Notes under the pieces: model-generated | The model's input: the letters and a program-made list of their open reading frames with translations, nothing else | The model's database searches: none | Told to the model about the DNA's origin: nothing | Part shown: positions 19,284 to 28,734 of the stretch, piece after piece | How positions within the stretch are numbered: position 1 is the stretch's first letter | Layout: every line of letters starts with the position of its first letter | DNA from: Candidatus Pyrohabitans jungbluthii | GTDB taxonomy: Archaea > Hydrothermarchaeota > Hydrothermarchaeia > Hydrothermarchaeales > BMS3B | NCBI GenBank assembly: GCA_002010065.2 | Contig: MTMD02000002.1 | Location: 160,001-224,000 of the forward strand | DNA: 64,000 nucleotides | Reading direction: 5' to 3' | Position numbers and translations under genes: made by a program

Positions 19284-20474
19284 ATGCATCGCAGAATAGA
19301 GAAGCTGGTAACGCTGCTGCAGGAGGCAGGGGTTGAGTGCTGCATTATATCCAAGCCCGAGAATGTTTACTACTTCACTGGCGTATTCCCCATAGAGGCT
19401 TCCTTCCTCCTTGTTTCTACGAAGCGTGAGCCTGCGCTTCTTGTAGCGCCTTCAAGCTACCCCGAGGCTGAGGAACGCTCCTGCGTTGAGGTTATCAAAG
19501 GCGAACTGAACACCATTGCGGCGCTGAAGAGGGCACTACACCGGAGAGGATGCATGCCTGAGAAGAGCGGTGTTTTGCTGAGGGACTTTCTCAGAGCGGT
19601 GAGGAAAAAGCCCCTGGGGATAGAGGGAGATTATCTCCCTGCAGAGGTTGCGAGGAAGCTCGAGACGAAGTGGCTGGACATCTCGCCGCTCATCAGCGAG
19701 TTGCGCATGGTGAAGGATAGAGAGGAGATTGCTACAATAACTCGGGCGGTAAAAGCCTCTGAAGAAGCCTTGCGCAGGGTTTCGCAGAGCATAGCCCCGC
19801 GCATGCCTGAGCGCGAGCTTTCTGGCATGCTTGACCTTGAGCTCAAGCGCTTGGGCGCTGACCAGACAAAGGCGAGGGTGCGCTCCGGCAAAAACTCAGC
19901 CAAGCCATTTTCAAAGGAGATGAGCGGGAAGGTCGGTAAGGGCGCGCTGCTAATAGACTACGGCGGAGCCTTTGAGCACTACTGGACAGACCTCACGCGG
20001 ACCTTCCACGTGGGCAGGGTGAGCCCTTCATACGAAGAGGTTTATGAGTGCATACTGGAAGCGAAAAGGGCGGCGCTTCGGGAGATCGGCGCTGGTAAGG
20101 AAATCGCTGTAGTAGAGCATGCTGTGAGGGAGGTTTTCAGGGAGCACTCGCTTGAGAAGCATATAGTCTATACGCCTGGGCACGGCGTTGGCCTTGAGGT
20201 GCACGAATTGCCTGTGATAACCTCGCAAAAGCTCAGGGAGGAGCCACCAGTACCAAGAGGAAGCACAGACGCGGAGAGGCTGTACCGCACCATGGCGCGG
20301 CTCTTTATCCGCGAAGAAAAGCCGGTTTTCCAGGAAAACATGGTGCTTACGATTGAACCAGGCTTGTATTTCAATGACTTCGGGGTCAGGGTGGAGGACA
20401 TGGTTCTTGTGAAGCACTGTGCTAAGCTGCTCTCCCGCTTTCCCGATGAGCTGGAGGACGTGACCATAGCCTAA
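19284..20474 (+). CDS. Xaa-Pro aminopeptidase/prolidase (M24 family)
   Basis: Creatinase N-domain; metal ligands in IDYG...TDLTRT, GHGVGLEVHE, TIEPG, GVRVED. Confidence 0.85.
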   Translation: MHRRIEKLVTLLQEAGVECCIISKPENVYYFTGVFPIEASFLLVSTKREPALLVAPSSYPEAEERSCVEVIKGELNTIAALKRALHRRGCMPEKSGVLLRDFLRAVRKKPLGIEGDYLPAEVARKLETKWLDISPLISELRMVKDREEIATITRAVKASEEALRRVSQSIAPRMPERELSGMLDLELKRLGADQTKARVRSGKNSAKPFSKEMSGKVGKGALLIDYGGAFEHYWTDLTRTFHVGRVSPSYEEVYECILEAKRAALREIGAGKEIAVVEHAVREVFREHSLEKHIVYTPGHGVGLEVHELPVITSQKLREEPPVPRGSTDAERLYRTMARLFIREEKPVFQENMVLTIEPGLYFNDFGVRVEDMVLVKHCAKLLSRFPDELEDVTIA

Positions 20475-21304
20475 ATCCCCATCCTCCTGTAGCTCGCCAC
20501 CATGTTCGCCAGCTCACAGTCATAGGAGCAGAACTCGTATTTCAGCCATCGCTTCGCCCCCCACTTCTCTTTAAACCTCGCCACGCCGCTGTTTATTCCA
20601 AGCCCCAGGTTAAGATACCGCTTCCCTCGCTCCTTTGCCTCGCGGATAAACTCGCCTAGCAGGAGGTCGCTTGCTCCAGGCACGTAATTCTTGCGGGAGA
20701 TAAAGTTGAACATGTAGAAGGCAAACTCGCCATGCGAAAAGTCGAAGATGCTGAAGGCGACAAGCTCCCGCTTTTGCCTCGCCTCTAAAAGGAGCGCCTC
20801 GCCGCGGGAAGCGTAGCTCTCAAGTTTTTCAAACACCCCCTGCTTGCTCTCATCTATGCCCCGCCTTAGGAATTCTTCAACCAGGGCAAAGTGCTCCTCG
20901 CCAAACTCGCCTTTCTTCACCTCAAGCCTCTTATAGGCGCTCTTCAGTGTGCTCCTCAGCTTCTTACTTAGCTTAAGCTTCTCCAGGTCCAGAAGGTAGT
21001 AGCAGTCGCTTTCTTTTTTGAGTATAGCAAGCGGCTCCACATCAATTGAGCGAGGCGAGATCACCCCCACCTGTTCTGGCTCAAACTTCTCCACAGCTTC
21101 GTTAAGGGCCTGGCTAAGAGCAGCCATTTCAAACTCTCTTCCGAGAGGGTAGCCTATGAAGCTGAGTTTGCCCTCGCTGAAGTAGCACAGGTAGTCGGCG
21201 ATAAGGCAGGGCTCCGCTCCGGAAATCGATGTGAAGTAGTGCACCAGGTGCTCTGGTATGTAGGCGCGCTGAAGCACATAATGTCTTTCCGAAGCGCTCA
21301 GCAT
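20471..21304 (-). CDS. GNAT-fold protein (FemAB/MprF-C-terminal-like)
   Basis: C-terminal GASDLLL...YLNLGLGINSGVARFKEKWGA. Start at ATG 21304 avoids overlap with the radical SAM gene. Confidence 0.7.
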   Translation of the reverse strand: MLSASERHYVLQRAYIPEHLVHYFTSISGAEPCLIADYLCYFSEGKLSFIGYPLGREFEMAALSQALNEAVEKFEPEQVGVISPRSIDVEPLAILKKESDCYYLLDLEKLKLSKKLRSTLKSAYKRLEVKKGEFGEEHFALVEEFLRRGIDESKQGVFEKLESYASRGEALLLEARQKRELVAFSIFDFSHGEFAFYMFNFISRKNYVPGASDLLLGEFIREAKERGKRYLNLGLGINSGVARFKEKWGAKRWLKYEFCSYDCELANMVASYRRMGI

Positions 21305-21365
21305 AAGAACAGAGCAAAGATTCGCAAGCTCAGAGTTATTGCTGTTACTATAATCTTCTAATAAG

Positions 21366-22508
21366 ATGGGAATACTCGATAGGCTTTTTGGAAGGCGCTC
21401 GCAGAGCAAGAAGAGAAGCAGGAGATTTGACGCCTTCCAGATAGAGCCCACCTCGCGTTGCAACCTGCGCTGCAAAATGTGCCCCCGCTCGAGGTATGCG
21501 AAACACTGGCGCGTGGGCGACCTTGCTATTGAGCTCTTTGAAGAGATGAGCGCTGATTTTCATTTAGCCAGGCATGTGCATCTCCAGGGCTGGGGCGAGC
21601 CGCTGCTCCATGAAAATATAGTGGAGATGGTCAGCATAGCAAAGCAGAAGGGCTGTGCAGTGGGGCTAACTACAAATGCAACTCTGCTTGAGAGCGACTT
21701 GGCGAGGGAGCTTGTAAGGGCAGGTCTCGACGTGGCGGGAATTTCAATAGCTGGTGCCACTGAGGGGACGCATGCTAGCATAAGGGTGGGCTCCTCCCTG
21801 GAGGAGGTTGTTGAGGGTGTAAGAAACCTGATTGAGGCGAGAAAAAGCTTTGCCTCGCGAAAACCCAGGATAGTGCTATCATTCATGCTCACTACTCTGA
21901 GTGTTGGGGAGCTACCCAAGGCGGTAAGGCTTGCCTCTGAGCTGGGCGTGGACGAACTCGTGGCGACCAATCTGGACTACCCCTGCGATGAGCTTGGCGA
22001 CTCCCTGCGAGTATTCTCATGCACTAAAGCAGAGGCGGAGCACCACCAGCGCCTGGCGGAGGCTAAGGCATTGGCAGCAAAGCTTAAGCTCAGCTTTAGG
22101 CATTACCCCCTTGAAATGGAGGAGCTTCTGGTGTGCGAACTCGACCCCACGAAAAACCTCTTCATAGCCCATGATGGCGCGCTTGGACCATGCGTTTACC
22201 TGAACCAGACGCGTGGCGATGGCGAAATACCACGCATATTCTGCGGCAAAAACTATACCATCAGGCGCCTTTACTTCGGCAACGCTTGTGAGGAGGGTAT
22301 TGCTGGAATACTTGAAAAACCTGTCTGGAGGGAGTTTACACAGGTTTTTAGAAGAAGGAAGGAGATATATACGCAGGCTTTTGGTGCCCTATCCTCTGAG
22401 CTCAGCTTTGCTGACCTAAAGGAGGCTGAAGAATGTGTAGAAAGGCTTCTGAGCCGGAATCCCCTTCCGGAGACCTGCGCCACCTGCTACAAGGCGTATG
22501 GAATATGA
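21366..22508 (+). CDS. radical SAM protein with SPASM/twitch-type C-terminal domain
   Basis: CNLRCKMC, GWGEPLL, TTNAT; auxiliary Cys in LVCE, GPCVYL and TCATCYK. Confidence 0.9.
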   Translation: MGILDRLFGRRSQSKKRSRRFDAFQIEPTSRCNLRCKMCPRSRYAKHWRVGDLAIELFEEMSADFHLARHVHLQGWGEPLLHENIVEMVSIAKQKGCAVGLTTNATLLESDLARELVRAGLDVAGISIAGATEGTHASIRVGSSLEEVVEGVRNLIEARKSFASRKPRIVLSFMLTTLSVGELPKAVRLASELGVDELVATNLDYPCDELGDSLRVFSCTKAEAEHHQRLAEAKALAAKLKLSFRHYPLEMEELLVCELDPTKNLFIAHDGALGPCVYLNQTRGDGEIPRIFCGKNYTIRRLYFGNACEEGIAGILEKPVWREFTQVFRRRKEIYTQAFGALSSELSFADLKEAEECVERLLSRNPLPETCATCYKAYGI

Positions 22509-22533
22509 CAAGGTTAATTTTTTACCATTGGTT

Positions 22534-23103
22534 ATGCAGATAACCAAGAGTATCTACATATTTGCACCACCAGAGGTCGTATTCAGGACCATATCTAATG
22601 TTCCCCTCAGACTGAGCCTCAATCCCTTCTGGCGAGTGGTGGAGGTCAGGAAGCTCACGCCAGGGAAGCTTTCCAAGGGGACAAGGTTCAGAATAAGGCT
22701 CAGAACCAGCGAGGGAGAGGTTACATACACCAGCGAGTGCATTGAGGTGGAGGAGAACAGGAAGATACGCAGCAGAGCTATAGAGGCTGGGTTTGAGGTG
22801 CTTCTATCTGTGAGAGAGGTCGCCGGAGGCACACTGCTCACCCACACGGAGATGCTCAAGAATGGTGGAGAAAAGCTGAAAGGCATAGCGGAGGAGATTC
22901 TCGAAGCGTGGCTGGAGAATGTTAAGCGCTACTCTGAACTCAGGAACTCCAGGCTTAATTTCCTTATACCAATTGTAAGGCGCTGGCTCGCTATAAACCC
23001 CCGCGATAGGGAGCTCCTTAAAGCTGTACTCCTGCTTGATCTCAGTGTAACCATCGCAGGCTTTGCAGCGCTCCTTATCGCAAGAGTTCTCTTCACCATC
23101 TAA
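22534..23103 (+). CDS. SRPBCC/START-fold protein with C-terminal TM helix
   Basis: SIYIFAPPEVVF, GTRF, GTLLTHTE, WLENVKRY; hydrophobic C-terminus. Confidence 0.75.
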   Translation: MQITKSIYIFAPPEVVFRTISNVPLRLSLNPFWRVVEVRKLTPGKLSKGTRFRIRLRTSEGEVTYTSECIEVEENRKIRSRAIEAGFEVLLSVREVAGGTLLTHTEMLKNGGEKLKGIAEEILEAWLENVKRYSELRNSRLNFLIPIVRRWLAINPRDRELLKAVLLLDLSVTIAGFAALLIARVLFTI

Positions 23104-23136
23104 ACCTTTTTATTCTCGGGCAGAAATCTATAATCC

Positions 23137-23715
23137 ATGCGGGAAGTATATGTGGAGGAGAGGGTACGTGCTCCTCCTGAGAAGGTTCGCATGCTCATTA
23201 TGGACTTTGAGAGGTGGCTTCGCTTTAACCCGGCATGGTATGAGCTTGAGATTCTGACACGCGAGCCGAAGGTGGATAAAGGCGCTGGAATAAAGGTGAA
23301 GATGTCCTTTGAGGGGGAGGAAAAGAAGTTTCAGAAGGTAAAATTTTCTGTGGAGGAGGCATCTCCAGATAAGGTGGTCTATGCGCTCTCCAACGGCAAG
23401 CGGATTGAGCTCAGCATACGCAACGAAGGCGACGTAACCCTGCTCAGTCACAGGGAGACTCTGCACGCGAGTGAGAGCGAGGAAGAGAAGGAGGAGGAGG
23501 TCAAGCACTGGTTGGCTGCAATAAAGCACTACGCAGAGCTTAAAAACACACCCCTTGCAAAGCTCTCCAGGTTTTTCATAGACCGCGTTCTTCTAAGAAT
23601 GAACCCCATGCAGAGAAGAATCACAGTGCTTATAATCCTCCTACAGGCAGGGCTCCTCGCCACGGCCTTATTTGCTCTCCTCGTAATTTACGTTAAGCAC
23701 AGATTCAACCTTTAA
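23137..23715 (+). CDS. SRPBCC/START-fold protein with C-terminal TM helix (paralog of the preceding gene)
   Basis: VRAPPEKV, RFNPAW, TLLSHRE, WLAAIKHY; hydrophobic C-terminus. Confidence 0.75.
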   Translation: MREVYVEERVRAPPEKVRMLIMDFERWLRFNPAWYELEILTREPKVDKGAGIKVKMSFEGEEKKFQKVKFSVEEASPDKVVYALSNGKRIELSIRNEGDVTLLSHRETLHASESEEEKEEEVKHWLAAIKHYAELKNTPLAKLSRFFIDRVLLRMNPMQRRITVLIILLQAGLLATALFALLVIYVKHRFNL

Positions 23716-24160
23716 CCACAAGCAGGGGAGTGCTAATTTTTTCCAGCACCTTCTCGGGCGTGCGGTAAGATTTGAGGCGCTCAAGCTTGCTTTTATAGCT
23801 TTTGCCTCCCAGGATTACCAGGTCGTAGTCGCCAGAGTTGACCTCTGCAAGTATCTCCTTAGCTGGAGTACCCTCCCTTATCCTTATCTTTGCCTCTACC
23901 CCATTTTCCTCAGCCTTTTTGAGGAATCTCGAGACGATCTCTTCTGCCTGCTTACTTAGCTCCCCCTTAACGTAGCTTATGTACTCGTCCCTGCCAGCGG
24001 CGAATATCTCGTGTGAGATGTTTCTGCTCAATAACCACTGATCTATGACATGAAGGGCATAAAGCTCTGCATTCGCAAGCTTTGCAAGAGAAATAGCATA
24101 CCCCTCAGCTTTTTCGGTATGCTCCTCTCCGTCTATGCAGAGAAGTATCTTCCTGAGCAT
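23705..24160 (-). CDS. universal stress protein
   Basis: KILLCIDG, ALHVID, EGTPAKEIL, DLVILG, PLLVVK. Confidence 0.9.
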   Translation of the reverse strand: MLRKILLCIDGEEHTEKAEGYAISLAKLANAELYALHVIDQWLLSRNISHEIFAAGRDEYISYVKGELSKQAEEIVSRFLKKAEENGVEAKIRIREGTPAKEILAEVNSGDYDLVILGGKSYKSKLERLKSYRTPEKVLEKISTPLLVVKG

Positions 24161-24191
24161 AAAAATATAAAATAAAAAGGGATGGGGGCGC

Positions 24192-24386
24192 TCAGGCTAA
24201 TATGTGTGCCGGCGCCTTTACGAGTGCAGAGAGTTCCTTGGGGGAGTAGCCAGCTGCCACCAGTATGAGGACTATCACTATGGTTAACCCTGCAACTATC
24301 AGCGCACCTATGTCCTCGCGGCGCTCTGACATGAAGATTTCTCTGTCCTTGGCTTCAAGTTCTTCCACTCTTGCCTCTTCAGCCAT
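24192..24386 (-). CDS. small single-TM membrane protein in the YeiH operon
   Basis: 64 aa with one hydrophobic helix; GGGGGTG RBS after the yeiH-like stop. Confidence 0.65.
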   Translation of the reverse strand: MAEEARVEELEAKDREIFMSERREDIGALIVAGLTIVIVLILVAAGYSPKELSALVKAPAHILA

Positions 24387-24399
24387 CTTTCACACCCCC

Positions 24400-25554
24400 T
24401 TACGCACCTGCCGCAGCCATGCCTGCGAAGAAGTCCGCGCCAAGAGCAAGAATCACCAGTAGAGAGACGCCTGCCTTGAAGAGCGCTGCAACCACGCCGA
24501 TCACAAAGGCGGTACCACCAGCCTTCTTCATCTGCTGAACATCTATGTTGAGACCGATGCCAGCGAAGCCTATAGCGAAGAACCACTTCATCAGGTCCTT
24601 GCCCAGAAGCTGAGCCATGGGCGACCTCTTTCCTAATTCTGCAGCCGTTCCGAAAACGCCCAGACTGTTTAATATAACCACTGCAAAGAAGCCGAGAACG
24701 AACACTGGGAACTTCTCTTTGATGACGCCCCAGACGTCAACTTTCCCAGCTTCTTTGCCAGCGGGGCGAACGATGTAGAACCAGATGCCGAAGAGCACTA
24801 TGATGGGTATGAAGACCACTCTCACTATGTTGACTATTGTTGCGCTGAGCAGGGCTGCGTTGCCAGTGAACCAGGAGTCGTAGAGCGCAGCAGCAGCCGT
24901 GAGCTGGGCGGTGTTAAGTATAGCGGTAGCCACCCATGCGCCAAACATCTCCTGGGTCATTCCAAGGGCTCTGCCTATGAAAGGCAGCGTGAACAGCATC
25001 ACCGTTCCGAAGAGCAGTATAGTGGCTATAGCATAGAACAGATCTCTCGGTCTCGAGCGCACCACTGGCGACATCGCTATAATCGCCGAGACACCACAGA
25101 TACCTACACCAGCGCCCATTATACCGGCAAGGGAGTCAGGGACGCCAAAGCGCTTGCCCAGGGTCATCACCATTACCGCTGTACCGAAGACGAAGATAAT
25201 CACCATGAGCGTCGCAGGTCCGGTAGCTCTGACCACGTCACCCCACATGTAGTGAGCACCCAGAAGGATAATACCCGGCTTGATTATCGGTCTTGCGATG
25301 TTCACACCGTTCTGCAGCACCTTGGGTATGCCCACCGTGTTCCTGATTATCATACCTCCCAGCAGGAGTATGATGACGTAGCTGGCGAAGCCGCTCTGCT
25401 TGAGAACCTTCCAGAAGCCGCCGCCCTTTGCCAGTTGCCCTACCAGAGCTTCGATGTTCATTGCAATTATAGCAAATATAATACATGCTATTAGACCGGG
25501 TAGCCAGCCCATAAACTCTTCTGCAGTTGGCCATAGCCTCTTATACTGCGCCAT
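24400..25554 (-). CDS. YeiH/PSE family (putative sulfate exporter) transporter
   Basis: GIILLG, GVGICGVSAIIA, FPVFVLGF, FAGIGL; about 10 TM helices. Confidence 0.88.
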   Translation of the reverse strand: MAQYKRLWPTAEEFMGWLPGLIACIIFAIIAMNIEALVGQLAKGGGFWKVLKQSGFASYVIILLLGGMIIRNTVGIPKVLQNGVNIARPIIKPGIILLGAHYMWGDVVRATGPATLMVIIFVFGTAVMVMTLGKRFGVPDSLAGIMGAGVGICGVSAIIAMSPVVRSRPRDLFYAIATILLFGTVMLFTLPFIGRALGMTQEMFGAWVATAILNTAQLTAAAALYDSWFTGNAALLSATIVNIVRVVFIPIIVLFGIWFYIVRPAGKEAGKVDVWGVIKEKFPVFVLGFFAVVILNSLGVFGTAAELGKRSPMAQLLGKDLMKWFFAIGFAGIGLNIDVQQMKKAGGTAFVIGVVAALFKAGVSLLVILALGADFFAGMAAAGA

Positions 25555-25566
25555 AACTCCACCTCC

Positions 25567-25747
25567 TTACCTAACCACATATACGGAACATTCCGCCTTC
25601 TCCGCCATCTCGCTGAAGACACTGCCCACTATTATCCCAAAAGTTTACAGTCACTTTTGCCCCGAAGGTCTCTGCAAACTCTGCCACCCCTTCGACGGCT
25701 CTATTGGTGTTTTCTGAGCCGTCGGTAATTACAAGTATCTTCTCCAA
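25567..25747 (-). pseudogene. internally deleted, frameshifted universal stress protein gene
   Basis: RBS AGGAGGTGA plus TTG gives the USP N-terminus MEKILVITDGSENTNRAV...GAKVTV. The USP C-terminus GIIVGSVFSEMAEKAECSVYVVR* follows directly in another frame. Span is 181 nt. Confidence 0.75.
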
Positions 25748-25813
25748 CTAATCACCTCCTCTATATCCTCCAAATCTATTTTAGCTCCCCCCGGTATATA
25801 AAGCCTTTTCGGA

Positions 25814-25845
25814 GTTTTGCAAAAATTGCACATAATTTGCAAAAC
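25814..25845. promoter_or_regulatory. inverted-repeat operator candidate upstream of the USP-YeiH operon promoter
   Basis: GTTTTGCAAA-N12-TTTGCAAAAC, just upstream of a minus-strand TTTATATA at 25795-25802. Confidence 0.5.
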
Positions 25846-25973
25846 CGTATTTTAAATGATTTTAATTTTTTTAAGACCCATGAAAATCCACTTTAATTTC
25901 TCGAAGTCCTAGAATATAATAAAGTTTCTGAAGGGTCGGTATTTTTATATACCCTGCACTGCGAGTAATTCCC

Positions 25974-26867
25974 ATGACTCTGCGGGAAAACAACTTGGGC
26001 GAGGTGCTTGCCCAGGCTCTGCCCTACATTGAAAAATTCTATGGTCACTACGTGGTTATCAAGTACGGCGGGCACGCGATGTTGGACGAGGAAGCTAAAG
26101 CGTGGACCATTCGCGATACTATACTCCTGCGCTATGTGGGCATGAAGCCTGTGGTGGTGCACGGCGGCGGCCCCGAGATAACTAGGGCGATGGAGAAGAT
26201 GGGAAAGACGCCTCGCTTCGTCGCTGGTTTGCGCTATACCGACGAGGAGACTCTGGATATAGTGAAGATGGTGCTGGTGGGCAAGATAAACACAGAGCTT
26301 GTTTCCATGTTCAATGCTCAAGGGTGTAAGGCTGTGGGGCTCTCTGGCAAAGATGGAAGCCTCATCGTTGCAAGAAAGCGAGCAAGCATGCTTGTGAGAG
26401 AAGGAGGCGAGGAGAAGGAGGTGGACCTGGGCTTAGTGGGTGAGACGGAGCGGGTTAACCCTGAGATAATTCACATCCTGAGCGAGCGAGGGTACATCCC
26501 TGTGATCTCCCCCATAGGTTTGAGCCACGATGGGACAAGCCTGAACCTCAATGCAGATACCGTCGCTGGCGACATCGCAGCTTCGCTCAAGGCAAAGAAG
26601 CTTATAATCCTCACCGACGTGCCGGGCGTGCTGCGCGACCTGAGCGATGAGTCGAGTGTGATAAGAGAGCTGAAAACCACCCAGATTAAGGGCCTGATAA
26701 AGAGGGGGATAATCAAGGGCTCCATGCTGCCCAAGGTTGAAGCGTGTAAGCGCGCTCTCCTTGGCGGGGTTGAGAAGGCGCACATCATAGACGGTCGCCT
26801 CAAGCACGCGATTCTGCTGGAGCTGTTCACCGATGAGGGTATAGGCACGATGATCGTCAAGGGCTGA
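25974..26867 (+). CDS. argB: acetylglutamate kinase
   Basis: VIKYGGHAM, VVHGGGPEI, GLSGKDG, NLNAD, MLPKV, LLELFTDEGIGTM. Confidence 0.95.
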   Translation: MTLRENNLGEVLAQALPYIEKFYGHYVVIKYGGHAMLDEEAKAWTIRDTILLRYVGMKPVVVHGGGPEITRAMEKMGKTPRFVAGLRYTDEETLDIVKMVLVGKINTELVSMFNAQGCKAVGLSGKDGSLIVARKRASMLVREGGEEKEVDLGLVGETERVNPEIIHILSERGYIPVISPIGLSHDGTSLNLNADTVAGDIAASLKAKKLIILTDVPGVLRDLSDESSVIRELKTTQIKGLIKRGIIKGSMLPKVEACKRALLGGVEKAHIIDGRLKHAILLELFTDEGIGTMIVKG

Positions 26868-26868
26868 G

Positions 26869-28041
26869 ATGATAAGAGAAAAGAGGCTCTACAAGCTGCG
26901 CTCCCGCGATGAAGATTTTGTTGTGGAGGAGCTTATCGACCTGCCGCAGGTAGAGGATGGACGCTACGCTCTTTACCGAATGACAAAGCGCAAGCTCACA
27001 ACGCTTGAGGCGCTGAAGATTCTGGCGAGAAGGAAACGTGTACCTTTGAGCAGGATATCCTATGCGGGCTTGAAGGACAAGCACGGCATAGCGGTGCAGC
27101 ACCTCTCCTCGCCGAGAGAGTATGACCTCAGCATTGAGGAGAGGAACTTTAGGGTGGAGTTTCTCTACTACACCGACGAGAGGCTCCGCCTTGGCATGCA
27201 TCTCGGCAATCGCTTCACCATAACTTTGCGTAAGGTGCGCCGTCCTGCGTACAGAAAATTCCTCGCCAACGTGCCGCGCTTCCAGGAGGCGGAGATACCC
27301 AACTACTACGACAGCCAGCGCTTTGGCTCGCTTCGCGGCGCTCAGCGCTTCCTTGCGGAGGAGGTTATGAGGGGCAACTATGAGGAGGCGTTGAAGCTTC
27401 ACCTGACATCAGCGTATCGCAAGCAGAAGAGCTACATTAAGAGGATAAAGCGCTTCATCGCCGAGCAGTGGGGCGACTGGACTAAGTGCAGGAAATTCCT
27501 GGAGCAGGAGCGGCGCTATGAGAATTTTTTAGAGATAGTTGCCTTTCTGGAGAAGAGCGAAGATTTCGTGGGTGCCCTGCGCTTAATACCTGAGCAGCTG
27601 CGCATGCTTTACGCTGCGAGCTATCAGAGCTTTCTGTGGAATGAGGCGCTGAAGCGCATGCTTCTCTCGGCGCTGGGGAAGGAGGCGCTGGAGGAAGTTG
27701 AGTACCTTGCGGGGAGCCTTTACTTTCCGAAGGGAGAGCATGTCCACGCCCTGCGGGAAGCTCTCCCTAAGCCTAAGCTGGAGATGCCCTGTCCAGAGAG
27801 CAAGGAGCGCATATACAGGGTGCTCCTGAGAGAACGCGGGCTAAGGCTTAGAGACATGCGCAGACTTGAGAAGCTTGGCATGCCTATAGCGAGGAATGAG
27901 CGCAACCTGCTTTTTTCAGCAAGGGAGCTTTGCATCAAGGAGAAAGGCGTTGAGGGTAACTACCCGTGGCTCACCCTCAGCTTCTGGCTACCGCCTGGAA
28001 GCTACGCAACCATTGTGCTTAAGGCGCTGGTAAGCGCGTAA
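26869..28041 (+). CDS. truD: tRNA pseudouridine synthase TruD-family paralog
   Basis: EDFVVEE, YAGLKDKHG, GNRFTI, PNYYDSQRFG, SYQSFLWN, FWLPPGSYAT. Confidence 0.88.
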   Translation: MIREKRLYKLRSRDEDFVVEELIDLPQVEDGRYALYRMTKRKLTTLEALKILARRKRVPLSRISYAGLKDKHGIAVQHLSSPREYDLSIEERNFRVEFLYYTDERLRLGMHLGNRFTITLRKVRRPAYRKFLANVPRFQEAEIPNYYDSQRFGSLRGAQRFLAEEVMRGNYEEALKLHLTSAYRKQKSYIKRIKRFIAEQWGDWTKCRKFLEQERRYENFLEIVAFLEKSEDFVGALRLIPEQLRMLYAASYQSFLWNEALKRMLLSALGKEALEEVEYLAGSLYFPKGEHVHALREALPKPKLEMPCPESKERIYRVLLRERGLRLRDMRRLEKLGMPIARNERNLLFSARELCIKEKGVEGNYPWLTLSFWLPPGSYATIVLKALVSA

Positions 28042-28094
28042 ATGCCCCTCATTTCTGGGAATAATCTTCTAAACCCAGGATTTTGTATTGCGAG

Positions 28095-28697
28095 TTACTC
28101 CTCCACTTCAATTACAAACTCGTCCCCCTCAAGCCTGGTTGCGGCGATTCTCGCACGCTTTGGTATCGAGAACAGCGTGAAGTATGCCTTGTCCTGGGCG
28201 TAGGCTCTGACCTCCACCGACTCCCTCAGCCTCTGCACGTCTATATCCTCCTCGCTTTTTACGCCAGGTACCTTGATACGGTAAATTACCCTGTTGCCTC
28301 TGCGCTCCACCTTTGTCTCTGGCTCCTCCGTCACCTTTGGTGGCAGGCGCTGTGCCTTTGGCTTTGCCTCTTTCACGCCCAGGCGCTGCAGTATCTCTGG
28401 CTCCTTATCCTTGAAATCCCCAAAGGTGCGCACCTCCACGCGTGGCTCTTTTCCAGGCTCTGAGCTGATCTTTATGCTTACACCGCCCCCGCGCCGCTCT
28501 CTAGGAGGGGGCATGGTAAATCTGCGAAACATGCGCTCTATCTCGCGAAACTCGCGGTCTATCTCATCGAAGATGCTGCTGAAGTCGAGTAAGCCCGGAT
28601 ACTTCTCATAGGCGCGCCTTCTGCGCAGGTTTACGCCGCAGTTGGGGCAGTAGTTCCAGTTCCTGCGGACCTCCTCATTGCAGTTGAAGCAGCGCAT
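28095..28697 (-). CDS. zinc-ribbon + Hsp20/alpha-crystallin-like domain protein
   Basis: CFNC...YCPNCG at the N-terminus; EEPET...KVPGVKSEEDI alpha-crystallin-like C-terminus. Confidence 0.75.
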   Translation of the reverse strand: MRCFNCNEEVRRNWNYCPNCGVNLRRRRAYEKYPGLLDFSSIFDEIDREFREIERMFRRFTMPPPRERRGGGVSIKISSEPGKEPRVEVRTFGDFKDKEPEILQRLGVKEAKPKAQRLPPKVTEEPETKVERRGNRVIYRIKVPGVKSEEDIDVQRLRESVEVRAYAQDKAYFTLFSIPKRARIAATRLEGDEFVIEVEE

Positions 28698-28734
28698 GCT
28701 TCTACTTTTCTCCCCTGTCGTAATATAATTTTCC

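Noticed and set aside
21305-21475. Upstream extension of the GNAT ORF
   Set aside because: It overlaps the divergent radical SAM gene and the AT-rich promoter spacer.
24192-24386. 64-aa ORF as a RiPP precursor for the radical SAM enzyme
   Set aside because: It looks like a TM helix protein co-transcribed with the YeiH transporter on the opposite strand; no leader/core pattern.
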